Shown here: positions 1 to 12,289 of the stretch, one piece after another
How positions within the stretch are numbered: the stretch's first letter is position 1
Layout of the letters: every line of letters starts with the position of its first letter
Origin: Felis catus
Taxonomy: Eukaryota
Assembly (NCBI RefSeq): GCF_018350175.1
Contig: NC_058369.1
Location: forward strand, 18,664,001-18,728,000
Direction: 5' to 3'
Length of the DNA stretch: 64,000 nucleotides
Notes under the pieces: generated by a model
The model's database searches: none
What the model saw: the letters and a program-made list of their open reading frames with translations, nothing else
What the model was told of the DNA's origin: nothing
Translations under genes and position numbers: made by a program

Positions 1-125
1 TCTTTCTTTCTTTCTTTCTTTCTTCCTTCCTTCCTTCCTTCCTTCCTTCCTTCCTTCCTCCCTCTCCCTCCCTTGTTCCCTCTCTTCCTTCCTTCCCTCA
101 CTTTATTCCCTTCCTTCCTTCCTTT
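1..125. repeat. (TTTC)n/(TTCC)n simple repeat, probably the decayed poly(A) tail of the adjacent antisense L1
   Basis: Read directly; abuts the L1 3' end. Confidence 0.9.
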
Positions 126-1480
126 TTCATTTATTTAAATCCAAGTTAGTTAACATATAGTGTAATATTGGTTTCAGGAACAGAATATAGTGATTCATTA
201 CTTGCATGTAACACCCAGTGCTCATCCCAGCAAGTGCCCTCCTTAATGCCCATCACCCATTTAGCCCATCCCCCTACCCACCTCCCCTCCAGCAACCCTC
301 AGTTTGTTCTGTGTTTAAGTCTTTCTTATGGTTTGCCTCCCTTTCTGTTTTTATCTTATTTTTCCTTCCCTTCCCCTGTGTTCATCTGTTTTGTTTCTTA
401 AATTCCACACAAGTGAAATCATATATTTGTCTTTCTCTGACTTATTTCACTTAGCATAATAGACTGTAATTCCATCCATGTTGTTATAAATGGCAAGATT
501 TCATTCTTTTTGATTGCTGAGTAATAGTCCATTGTATGTATATACCACATCTTCTTTATCCATTCATCAGTCAATGGACATTTGGGCTCTTTCCATTATT
601 TGGCTATTGTTGATAGTGTTGCTATAAACATTGGGGTGCAGGTGCCCCTTCAAATCAGCATTTTCTTATCCATTTTTTTTTGAGAGAGAGTTTATTTTTG
701 AGAGAGAGGAAGAGAAACAGAGCGTGAGCAGGGCAGGAGCAGAGAGGGAGAGGTAGACACAGAATCTGAAGCAGGCTCCAGCCTCCGAGCTGTCAGCACA
801 GAGCCCGATGCAGGGCTTGAACTCACGAATCGTGAGATCATGACCTGAGCCAAAGTCAGCTACTTAACTGACTGAGGCACCCAGATGCCCCTCTTTAATT
901 AAACAGAAATTTTTTAATGTTTATTTATTTTTGAGGGACAGAGACAGAGAGAGACAGAGCATGAACAGGAGAGGGGCAGAGAGAGAGGGAGACACAGAAT
1001 CTATCAGCCCAGAGCCCGATGCAGGACTCAAACTCATGAACTGTGAGATTATGACCTGAGATGAAGTTGGACAATTAACCAACTGAGCCATCCAGGCACC
1101 CCAACATTTTTGTATCCTTTAGGTAAATACTTAATAGTGCAGTTTCTGGGTTGTAGGGTAGTTCTATTTTTAATTAAAAAAAATTTTAAATATTTATTTA
1201 TTTTTGAAAGTGAGAGACAGAATGAATGGGGGAGGGACAAAGAAGGAGGGAGACGCAGAATCTGAAGCGGGCTCCAGACTCCAAGCTGTCAGCACAGAGC
1301 CCGACGTGGGGCTTGAACTGTGAGATCATGACCTGAGCTGAAGTCAAGAGTCAGACACTTAACCGACTGAGCCACCCAGGTGCCCCTCTATTTTTGATTT
1401 TTTGAAGAACCTCCATAATTTTCCAGGGTGGCTGCAGCAATTTGTATTCCTACCCAACAGTGCAAAAGTGTTCCCTTTTC
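126..1480 (-). mobile_element. Carnivore L1 3' end, interrupted by three antisense CanSINEs (~673-891, ~909-1101, ~1172-1386)
   Basis: Typical reverse L1 3'UTR text (aaatccaagttagttaacatatagtgtaat...ggctattgttgatagt...ggtaaatac...gaacctccata) resumes after each SINE. Confidence 0.85.
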
Positions 1481-1492
1481 TAGACTGGAGTA

Positions 1493-1717
1493 TTTTCTTT
1501 TTTCTTTTTTTAATGTTTTTATTTATATTTGAGAGAGAGTGAGAAAGAAAGTGCACGTGTGCACACAAGAGAGCTGGGGAGGGGCAGAGAGAGAAAATCT
1601 GAAGCAGGCCTTGCATTGACGACAGAGAGCCTGATACAGGGCTCAAACTCAGGACCCATGAGATCATTTCCTGAGCCAAAGTTGGATGCTTAACAGACTG
1701 AGCCATCTAGGCACCCC
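1493..1717 (-). mobile_element. CanSINE
   Basis: Reverse SINE body with (GA)n and T-rich tail; TSD tggagtattttc. Confidence 0.9.
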
Positions 1718-2249
1718 TGGAGTATTTTCAATCAAAATACAATATCATTTCACTCATAAATACTTTAGGATGTACCTCTAGTTAAGAGCTGTTTTTATTT
1801 TAATCCAATGACATTATCACAGCCAACAAAGTTGAGTATAATTTCTTATATAACTTAATACTGAATCCATGTTCCATTTTACTTGAGTATCTCAAAAATG
1901 GCTTTTTAGGGTTGTTTTGTTCAAATCAAGATCCAAACAAACATTGCATATATATAGAATATTATACATATACATACACACATGTATATGTAATGTATAT
2001 ATGTATATTGGTTTCAAAATAATAATATATATATTTTAACTAACAACAATACTAGTGAATGTAATTTAAGATTTCCTTGTGGTTTCGTTTGTCCTTAGTT
2101 TATTTCTTTCCAGGGATGTGTAGTCCAAATTCTGTGTTTTAGAGTTAGTAGAAATAACTCTTCTCAGTGAGGTTATGCCATTAAGAAGATATGCAGTTAA
2201 GCTCTTTTTTTCCAGTTTGTGTTCAGTTTGTAAGGGTTGCTTTTTGATC

Positions 2250-2453
2250 ACTTATCTGTTGCTATGATCATACTGCACAGTAAATCAGCCAACACTCAGT
2301 GGCTTCAAACAGCATTTTTTTATTCTCACTCGTACATCTGCATGCTGGCTAGAATTCACTGATCTAGGCTGGGCTCTGGGCTGCAGTTGAGTCCAGGTCT
2401 GCTCCACATTTTCTTCCTGTGGTGATGACAGACATGCAAGAGGGCATGCCTAA

Positions 2454-2492
<39 letters not shown>

Positions 2493-3680
2493 TGCACACA
2501 CACACACACATCAGACCTCTGCTTAAAATGACACACCTGCTAATATTACTTTAGTCAAAGCAACTCATTCTTTTTAAGTGTTCTTTATTTATTTTGAGAG
2601 AGAGAGAGAGAGCATGAGCAGGGGATGGGCAGAAAGAGAAAGAGAGAGAGAGAGAATCCCAAGTAGGCTCTGCACTGATAGAGTGGGGCTTGAACCCAGG
2701 AATCATGCGATAATGACTTGAGGCAAAACCAAGAGTTGACTGAGCCATCCATGTACCCCCACAGCAATTCATATTTAAGCCCAGAGTTAAGGGGGTAGTC
2801 TTGCAGTTACTATGACTATATAAGAAATTACCCTAAAGCTTAGTGGCATCAAAACACCACTATTGCGTTCGTAGACTCTATAGGTCAGGAACTCAGGCAG
2901 GGCACATAGGATGGCTTATTTCTGCTCTACAGTGTCTGGAGCTTCAGCTAAGAAGACTCAAAGGCTGGGGGAATGGAATCATCTGAACTGTCTTCCTCAC
3001 TTACAGTCTTACAGTTGATTCTTGCTAGTAGCTGGGAGCCTCAGTGCTTCTCCACATGGGCTAGTTTCAGTTTCCTCTCAACATGGTTTCTGGGTTTCAG
3101 GGTTGTCCTAAGAGAAAGAGAGAGAGAGAGAGAGAGGAAACCAACTGGAGGATGTACTGCCTTTTATGATTAGTCTCAAGAGACATTTATTGTTATTTTT
3201 GCCACATTCTATTCATTGAGATGGTTCTAAAGTCCTGTCCAATTTTTAAAAGTTTTTGATGTTTATTCATTTTTGAGAGAGAGAGACACAAAGTGTGAGC
3301 AGGGGAGGGGCAGAGAGAGAGGGAGACTCAGAATCCAAAGAAGGCTCCAGGCTCTGAGCTGTCAGCACAGAGCCTGATGTGGGGCCTGAACCCACGAGTC
3401 GTGAGATCATGTCCCGAGCCGAAGTCGGATGCCCAAACGACTGAGCCACCCAGACGCCTCAAGTCCTATCCAATTTTGAGAGGAGGAGATATCGGCTCCA
3501 GCTCTTGACTGGGAATTTCCAGTTTCTAAAAGAGCTTGTGGGACTGGAAATCTTGTGAAGGCCATTTTTGGAAAATAGAGTGTGTCACATTCTGGAAAAA
3601 TATACTTCACCCTCAGTGGGCAGAATTGCAAAGTCACATGGCAAAGAGCAGAAATCGGCTGAGAACAACAGTGCCATCTA
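2250..3680. mobile_element. Nested MLT1-type (ERVL-MaLR) LTR relics containing CanSINEs at ~2569-2760 (-) and ~3243-3460 (-) and (CA)n at ~2455-2510
   Basis: MLT1-like motifs (actcagtggcttcaaacagcat; accctaaagcttagtggc...ggtcaggaactcaggcagggcac). Subfamily and bounds approximate. Confidence 0.6.
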
Positions 3681-3899
3681 CCATATTTTTTCTTTCTAAT
3701 TTAATTTTTTTTTAATTGTGTAAAACTTTCATGTGATTTCAAATAAACCAAATGTACCTAGAAACCGAATGTATCTAGTTCTATCTTGTTCTTTTCCACC
3801 TTGTTTTCTTCCTTCTCTGATAAAAATTCACCTTTATCAGTTATTTTTCCATTGTTCCCTTTTGAAAATATAAGGAAAATACACACTTATTTACCTCTC

Positions 3900-3931
3900 T
3901 GTGTGTGTGTGTGTGTGTGTGTGTATGTATA

Positions 3932-3978
<47 letters not shown>
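3900..3978. repeat. Compound (GT)n(TA)n microsatellite
   Basis: Read directly. Confidence 0.95.
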
Positions 3979-3981
<3 letters not shown>

Positions 3982-6900
3982 GCAAACTCTGAACCCAGTT
4001 CTGAAAAATTTTTTTCCACATAATATATTCTGAAGATCACCCTGTAGCAGAATGGAGAAATCTTCCTGATTGCTTTTTTTTTTGCTTTTGCATCTGCACA
4101 GTGCTGTATCACGTGAGTGTGCCATAGCTGATGTATGGATATTGGCCTGTGGCCAGACTTTGCTCTTACAAGTAGCACCACATTGAGGGACCTGGTGTTT
4201 GTGTCATTTTGTATTTTTACTGGTGTATCTGTGGAGTAATGTATCCGTGGGATGATTTCCCGGTGTATCTTATGGGATATTTTGTATTTTTCCCAGGGTA
4301 TCTCTGGGTTAGTTTCCTATGAGATGCTGAAACAAGATGGTAAATGCACATTTTGCTATGTATGCCAAACCTGAGGGGGAAGGGTAGAGGTGGGGTGCTA
4401 GTGAGGGGCTTGGACAGTGTTCAGGTATGAGAGGATGGTCACTGGACCAGGATGGGGGGGGGGGTGGGCGTGGCAGGGAGTAAGGAGAGGGAGAAAGAGC
4501 TAAAAAGTGCTCAACTTCTGAATATATGCTGAATGTAGAGCCAGAGGCATGCTGAACGGCTGGGTTTGACAAGTTAGAGAAAGAGGAGTCAGGAAGACCC
4601 CTGAGTTCTGGCCTGAGCATGTGGTGTACACTGGGGACAACTGGATGGGGCCTAAGAGGAGGAGTTCGTTCCTGGACAAGTTGTGTTTTAGAGACACCCA
4701 AATGAGATATTAGGTAGGCAGCTGAATATTCAAGTCTGGGCTGGGAAAATAAAGCAGCACCTCACGTGCAAATGCATTAATATTAATGCCACTGGTTTCT
4801 ACAAGTACGCTGAGAAAGAGATAAGGAGGAGGAAAAAATTGAGGCAATACTGGGGTTACAAGAGGGCAAGTCAAGTACATTGAATTTAACAAATTTTTAT
4901 CAAATGAAATGCCGGAAATGAGAGCCCTCAACATGAGGCCTGGTATTAATTACCAACTGGTTGCCCGGTCCCTGCCCGGCCCTGAAGATATAAAGGTGAA
5001 CAGGTAGATTACCATCCCTATTTCCTACTCAGAGCATACTTGAATTAAACTTGATTAAGGGTTTGGTCCCTGCGCTCTGGGAGCGCTGATTGAATATGGG
5101 GATGCCTGGGGGGCTCAGAGGAACCATGGTGGTCCATCTTTCTCACCTTCACATATAGCTGCTAAAACATACGGAATTTGGGCCTGAAACTGGAGAGTTC
5201 ACTTGAAAGGGCTGGCCCATCCCAGAGGTTTTCAGCCCAGGGGTTTCAGCCCACACCACCAGAGCCATAGAAAACACCTGCTTGCAATTGGAGTGTCATT
5301 TTGCCTCTTAAACCGCATTTGTGTTCATGAAACTCCAGGAATTTTGGGCAGTGGTGTGGGACAGGGTTCTCTTGGTAGATTTTGGGGATTGGGAAGAGGG
5401 CAGGAGGGAGGGAGCTTCAGGTCTCAGGCTGCTGGTCTTGAGTGGTGATCTGCCAGTGGGCACCCAGGGCAGAGCCACCAGTGTGACTCTGGGATGTGTA
5501 TTTATTTGGGCCCAGGGCTCTGGAGGCAGGCTGTGACACACAGAGCTGGCTCAGAAGCCAGTGGACTGGAGTAGGGCTTTCCCAGGGTCCAGGGGCCCTG
5601 CTTCCCTCGTGTACTGAAAGCAGTTTTACAAATGATAGTGCTTAGCGCTGACTGCCAGGGGCAGAGGGGTTTCCTGCCAGGATGCTTTTGGGCCTGTGAT
5701 GCAGGCCAAGCCTATGGAAGAAGGGCAGCTTGCTCTAGGTGCTCCCGACAGGCGGGTCTGCCACACTGTCCCCTGCCCTTCCCCTAACTCCCCTGCTTTG
5801 TCAGGGTATATAGTGGAGTCCACCCAAGGGTTCCTGCTCTCATTGGTACTTGACATCTCCTTGGCCACAGTTTCTGCACTGTTCCTACCCAGGCGCTCAG
5901 TCAGGCATGATGAGCCCTGGGAAATCCATCTAGGACTCCAGGGACAGGTGTCACACAACCGTCTCCTGAATGTTGAGTGAGGAAAGGGAAAATGTTCTCC
6001 CTGTCCTCAAGTGGGAAAGCCTGGTGGGGACTCTTGGGGGTGACACTGCCCCCTTTCAATTACCAAGACCCTGGCTTATTGCTCTGGGTCTGCCTAGTGG
6101 TGCCGAGAACCTGTTTTCAGAGGCACGAAGAAAGAAGAAACTAGAAGCTTTGCCCTTTGGGAAAACATCTTTTGTTCCCTGTACTTCCTTATGAGCACTT
6201 ACTCTGGGATTCCCAGGCCTGTGAAATGGAGGGGCAGTGACCCCAGAAGTAATCAAGGCTAAACCTCCTGGCAAAGTTTTCAGGGGACATGGGCCCTAGT
6301 TAGGTTCCTCCAGCTTCCTTTCCCTTAGTTGCTGCTGGTAGCTCCGGAAAAAACAAGCCGTTCCGATAAAGGCAAGCATTGCTTTTGAAAAGATAGTAAT
6401 TGATAGTAATTAGTAGTAATTGATTTTGCTTATGCAATGATTTCCCCTCTGTGTAGCTCTGGCCAATAGAGGGTCAGGAACACTGGTGGGGGATAGAAAG
6501 ACTGAGGCCAGAGAGGTTCTTTCTAAGAACCTCATAGCAAGGCCTGGCAGGACCAGGAGGAGGGATCTGGGTTTCCCAGCCCTGGCCTCTGCTTGGTGGA
6601 TCACCCTGGCCACTTTGAGATGAGGAAACTTTCATGTATCCAGTGAAAAGATTGGACATCTGATGTGAAGACCGGTCTACTTGGCACCATCCCTGCCCCT
6701 GGATAGAGTGGGCTGCCGCTGGGGAGCGGTTGTCCCCAACAAATTAATTTCTCCAAAGACCCTGCTTTATCCCCAGAGAAGGATTTCCTTCCCAAAGATG
6801 CAGACTCATTGTTTGAGAGTGTTGTTTCTTTGTCCAGCATCTTTGTTCACTGTTTATTTTTGTACAGCGTGTTCATTCAACAAGCACTCCCTAGTCCTGC

Positions 6901-7094
6901 TGTGGAGCAGGGTCTGTGCAGATGCTGAGTTCACAGAGGAAATGCAGTCGCTGGCCTGAGTGGATCCCGCAGTCTAGGTGAGCAGGAAGGGCTCACCCAA
7001 AGCCACCAAAAGGAGCACCAAAACTTCTCTGGTATCCCCAACCCCTTCATGTTGTAGGGAGTTGCCCAGAACCTCAGATGATGGCTGCTTGTCC

Positions 7095-7110
7095 ACACAT
7101 GCACACACAT

Positions 7111-7160
<50 letters not shown>
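7095..7160. repeat. (CA)n microsatellite
   Basis: Read directly. Confidence 0.95.
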
Positions 7161-7162
<2 letters not shown>

Positions 7163-7214
7163 CCAGACACCCTGATTCCTTCTGGGGCTTCAGGGACAAG
7201 CTAATGGTCCAATC

Positions 7215-7340
7215 CTTTTTTTTTTTAATTTTTAAAGTTTTATTTATTTAAGTAATCTCTGCACCCAGTGTGGGGCTCGAACTCATAACCTGGAGATCAA
7301 GAGTTGCATGCTCTTCCGACTGAGCCAGCCAGGTGCCCCC
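7215..7340 (-). mobile_element. Short-type CanSINE
   Basis: tttatttatttaagtaatctct...ggggctcgaactc...ctgagccagccaggtgcccc. Confidence 0.85.
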
Positions 7341-8378
7341 AGTGGACATTTCCCTGTTTGAGCTACCTACACCTCCCTGTGGACTTCTCATCACACTTCT
7401 CTTCTGCAAACTCCCTTCCTGGTTTCTGTAGCACTTCCTTGTTTACTTGTTGGTCTCCTCCCTTGCGCTGCCTACCTGAGGTTCCCAGGACTCAGTCCTG
7501 AGCCATGTTTCTTCTCCCTCTCACAGGGCCCACCCAGGGCTTCTGCATGACAGGTGCTGCCTGCTGACAGCTCCCTAAACCCTCTCCAGCTCATTTTGTC
7601 CACCTTCCAGTGGGAGCCTCCATATGGGCACCCCTAGCCATGTCCTGTGCACGGTACCACACTTCCCTGCTCTCCTCTCCCCTTTGGCTGGAATAGGACA
7701 ACGCTGGGTTTGTAGGTTCTCTTTTTTTGGGAAAACCTGAACCCATACAAAAATGGAATTAATCTGTCATAAAGTATTTTTTTGAAGACAGGAATGTTGA
7801 TGATTTTCTTTGGTGTCCACAAAAGATCTCAAAATCTTTTCTTTGGGAATGGAGCCTCTTCCCAGCCTCAGGCCTAGAGTCCCTAGGGCCATGAGGCCAG
7901 TGGGAGCAGCTGAGCAGGGTGTGGATGCTCAAAGACCCCATTGGTCTGGCTAAATTCACCAAGGGAGGGGAATCATGGGGTGGGGGAGATACTGGAGGTG
8001 AATTAGGGAGTGGGAGCAGGAAAGCCTGCATGTTGTGGCTTCCCTCAGATGACCATGACACCCTGATCACAGTGCTAACTGCATTGTTGCTTAGCATGAC
8101 AGGGGAGAAAGTTTACTATGTTCTCATCCCAGACTAGATCACAGAGGTGCCCTGGGCCACTGAATACCCAGCAGGGAGGGGCATAGTGGGGACCCCACGA
8201 ATGGTGATGGACACTTAGGTGTGACTTTGGGAAGGAGTATTGCTTGGAGGTGGGGCCCCACCCCTCTTTGGGTCCTGTTACACCATGTGCTTCTCAGTGG
8301 TCTTGCCCAAGCAGGACTCTGATTGCCATTGAGTCTTGTTCTTTGTCTTTGTTCCCATGCTCTTTTCTTGGCATTGTT

Positions 8379-9278
8379 TTTTTTTTTTATTAATTTTTAC
8401 TGTTTATTCATTTTTAAAAATTTTTTTTTTAACGTTTATTTATTTTTGAGACAGAGAGAAACAGAGCATGAATGGGGGAGGGTCAGAGAGAGGGAGACAC
8501 AGAATCTGAAACAGGCTCCAGGCTCTGAGCTGTCAGCACAGAGCCCGACGCGGGGCTCGAACTCACGGACCGCGAGATCATGACCTGAGCCGAAGTCGGC
8601 TGCCCAACCGACCGAGCCACCCAGGCACCCCTGTTTATTCATTTTTGAAAGAGAGATACAGACAGACAGAGTGTGAGTGGGGGAGGGGCAGAGAGCGAGG
8701 GAGAGACACAGAATCCGAAGCAGGCTCCAGGCTCTGAGCTGTCAGCACAGAGCTTGATGCAGGGCTCAAACCCATGAACCATGAGATCAGGACCCGAGCC
8801 GAAGTTGGATGCTTAACCAACTGAGCCACCCAGGTGCCCCTCTTGGCATTGTTGTTTTTTACATTACTCTCCTGACTTCTAATATGTTTAGGCACTTTTC
8901 AATTTTAAATATATTGATGAGACCCTTCTGGAATTTTTTAAAAAATGTTTTTTATTTATTTTTGAGACAGAGAGAGACAGCATGAGTAGGGGAGGGTCAG
9001 AGAGAGAGGCAGACACAGAATCTGAAGCAGGCTCCAGGCTCCGAGCTGTCAGCACAGAGCCCGATGCAGGGCTCGAACTCACAGATTGTGAGATCATGAC
9101 CTGAGCCCAAGTCGGATGCTCAACCAACCGACTGAGCCACCTAGGTGCCCCCCTTCTGGAATTTTTTAAAAGTTTTTATTTACTTATTAAGTAATTTCTA
9201 CACTCAACATGGGGCTTGAACCCATGACCCCCAGGATCAAGAGTCTCATACTCTTCTGACTGAGTCAGCCAGGCACCT
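8379..9278 (-). mobile_element. Cluster of four antisense CanSINEs: outer 8379-8840 with a nested copy 8416-8630, then ~8933-9152 and short-type ~9162-9278
   Basis: TSDs tcttggcattgtt (outer), ctgtttattcattttt (inner) and cccttctggaatttttt. Confidence 0.92.
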
Positions 9279-9456
9279 GTGGAATTTTTAAAAATTATAC
9301 ACCAAGACATAAGCATATTATTGATGTGAATATTTAAACAATCCAGTCATTGAATAAAACTTCTATTTTCCCCTATCTTTCCTTGCATTATTACTTTTCT
9401 ATGCATATTTCTAAGATCTTCCTCCATGTACATCCCTGAATCTATTGTGTACTTAC

Positions 9457-10725
9457 ACACAAACTTTGTTTTAGTAGCTCAGTTTTATTTTCTGTATTAA
9501 CAAAAATTTAATCATCAAACAAAACTTGTAGACCCTGAGTGCCCCAGGGCCATTACAGTCAAAATATTAGGTCACAATAATAAAGTAGCAACTACTCCAG
9601 AAATCCAGTGCTCTGGGGAGGAGTGTGCTGCCTAGGAGGGGACACAAAGTTAGGCTTAGCCCCCTTTCCCCTGCTGAGGGTTAATGAAAGATGGGGGCAC
9701 AAAATTCTGCTAGGTCTGCACCACCAGAGGAAGCTGGCCAAAACAGGAGGGGATGGAAATTCAGAGTTAGCCAGGGTCTTCAGCAGTCAGATAGCCAGGA
9801 CACTGCTGTTCAAGTTGAACAATTCCTCCTCCTCTTCTTCCTCCTCCTCCTCCCCCTCCTCCTCCTCCTCTTCCTCCTCCTCCTTCTTCTCCTTCTTCCT
9901 CTTCCTCCTCCTCCTCTCCTCCTCCTCTCTTCCTCCTCCTCTCTTCCTCCTCCTCTCCTCCTCCTCTCCTCCTCCTTCTCCTCTTCTTCCTCCTTCTCCT
10001 CCTCCTCTTCCTTCTCCTCCTCCTCCTTCTCTTCCTCCTGCTTCTCCTCCTTCTTATCCTTCTCCCTCTCCTCCTTCTCCTTCTACTCCTTTTTCTTCTT
10101 CTTCTTCTTCTTCTTCTTCTTCTTCTTCTTCTTCTTCTCCTTCTCCTTCTCCTTCTCCTCCTCCTCCTCCTCCTCCTCCTCCTCCTCCTCCTCCTCTTCC
10201 TCTTTCTCCTTCTCTTTCCCTTTGTCCTTCCCCTTCCCTTTTTCCCTTTCCTTCTTTTTACATTGAACTCCTTCTTATCTGGCCCTTGGAGTTCAGCCTT
10301 TAGGGTCAGAGACTGGACAGCAATCTCTGTCTTCATGGGTAATAGGAAAGGCATGATGAGGGTGGATTGGAGCAGTGGGGTTACCCGGACCTCTAGCTGA
10401 TGGGCACTGCTTCTCTTTCAGGCCCTGGTGCACGGGGTGCCTGCTGGATCTGGGGAGTACCACTGATTGTGGCATCTTCTCTTGTGACGCTGGGGTCTCT
10501 GGTATCCCTTGGGCTACCAGGGGCACTGGGGTCCCCAGGGCCACCTGGCCTGCCCTATCTGTTGGTGTCATCTGCTACACCCACTGCACTGGCTGGGGCA
10601 CTTGTGCCTTCCTTAGCTGCACTCATAGCTCCTCCACCATCCGCCTTAGACCCCATCGTGAATCCGCCCATCCTCTCCGCCCATCCTCTCTACTGGCTGC
10701 CGAAGGACTGACACATACTTTTTTT
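9457..10725 (-). pseudogene. Processed pseudogene of the CTAG (NY-ESO-1/LAGE-1)/LAGE3 Pcc1 family, interrupted by a simple repeat
   Basis: Minus strand: Gly/Pro/Ala-rich N-terminus from ATG 10626, then ARGPGN/LLQSTLIMPFLLPMKTEIAVQSLTLKAELQGPDKKEFNV [repeat] NSSVLAI/LTAEDPG*L*ISIPSCFGQLPLVVQT*QNFVPPSFINPQQGKRG* (stop 9656-9658). AATAAA at 9484-9489. TSD acacaaactttgttt (9457-9471) / acacatacttttttt (10711-10725). No introns; several stops and frameshifts. Confidence 0.88.
9823..10259. repeat. ~437-bp compound polypyrimidine simple repeat (CCT/CTT/CTCCTT)
   Basis: Almost only C/T on + (about 4 purines). Includes a (TTC)~15 run and a (CTC)~13 run. Confidence 0.97.
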
Positions 10726-11859
10726 AAAGAAATGGGATCACATTGAATAATACATTGTTTTACAGCCAGCTTTTTTCACAGAACAACATAGGGAAACATT
10801 TCTCCCTACTCTCCCACTTCTCAAAGAATCAACAGTTTTGGGTCCCCCATGACTTTTTGTCACCTTGTCACTTCTTGAATTGGAGCAATCCATACTGCCT
10901 TTTGGAGGCTGTTGTCCACTCCTGTGTCTCAGGCATATCTCCAGGCAAGCTACCAGACCCTTTGTCATAGCTGGACACCTACTTGCTTAACCTTTGAGGG
11001 GAACTGAACTGAAGCAGCACCCTGCAGGGTAGGATACCGGCTTTGTCCCCGAGGCTCTGCCTCTGAACTTCAGAGAGTTTCCTCTGAAGGTTCTGGTCTT
11101 TCTGGCCAGGGCCATCTCCTGTATGCAGGTGTCTATGCAGAATTCCTTTTTCTTCCCCTGTATGTGGTATGAATTCACGTTTCTTTATTTATAACTTCTT
11201 CAGATTGCATTGCTTAGATTCCCAGTCATCTGAGCAGAAGACTGCATAGCGTGGCCACTTGCAGCATGAGGAATCATCTGTGGTTGGCATCTTACCTTTC
11301 CTCTTGGTTCCAGATGGTGCCCTATATTAGAACACACTGACTATATGCCCCTCCAGAGGCTCAACCCCAAATCTGAAGGGGGTGGACCCCATCTCTCTGT
11401 CCTCTTCCTTACTATGGGTTTGGTGTTTGAAATTTGAAGGTTTTTTTCTAGCGCGACCCAGCTCCACCTTGAATCAGACCTCCACTTCAGGGCAGGATAG
11501 TGCTTGGAGTCATTCATTCATTCAGTGAATATTTACTGAACACATACCACATGCCAAGTACTATTGTAGGCAATCCTCACTGTTGGCTACTGATCATGTC
11601 CTGCTCCCAAATTTCTTTTTTGTTTTACAGGTCTTCCCGCTGCTTGTGGAAGACTTTTGCCTCTAAATTTGCCCTAAGTACATGATTGTGAATTTCCAAC
11701 CAATCAAATCACAAGAATTTTCCCCTGGGTTTTTACTCAAGGTCTACCCTACTAGGTAGGAACATTTTAATCTCCTATGAAATGCCAAATGCCTAGGAGT
11801 CATGTTTTCTAGGGACTGGCTTTGGTGTGTTTCTGAGGAGGCACTTAGTTTTATAGGGT

Positions 11860-12090
11860 TAGGGGTGTGAGAGCAGGGCTTGGGACTCATAAGTGCCCAG
11901 GTCAGTTCCTAGACTCACTGCCCATTCTTCTAGCTCCTTTTAGTGGCTTTGTTTCTTTAATCTCTAGTTTTCAAATTTGAAAAAAATGGAAATGATAAGA
12001 GCACCTACCCTGCATGGTTGGTAGGAGGTTGATTATGTGAAGAGGGAACCTGGCACATAGAGTGAGCTGAGGACACAGTAGGTAGCTGCT
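11860..12090 (+). mobile_element. MIR relic
   Basis: Degenerate MIR core (tctctagttttc...aaaatggaaatgataagagcacctacc...cctggcacatag). Confidence 0.65.
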
Positions 12091-12289
12091 GGGGGTGATG
12101 GTGTTACTGTTTTGACTCCCAGGAACAAAAGGCATTGAAATCATTAACTATTTCTTCAACCAAAGTTTTAATATATATTTATGCCACTTTTTATTTTTTA
12201 ATTTTATGAATGCTTAATACATTAGCACAGAAGTACAAGCTTACAGTTTAGAAATGGTTATTGCATATTTGAGAGTACAGGTCCAGATG

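Noticed and set aside
9608..10354. Long poly-Ser/Pro, poly-Leu/Phe and poly-Arg/Glu/Gly ORFs (231, 191 and 195 aa)
   Set aside because: They stay open only because the C/T repeat has no stop codons. The only real signal is the dead CTAG-like frame on either side.
10400..10711. Collagen-like + strand peptide (GLPGALGSPGPPGLP)
   Set aside because: Antisense shadow of the Gly/Pro-rich N-terminus of the CTAG-like pseudogene; too short for a collagen domain.
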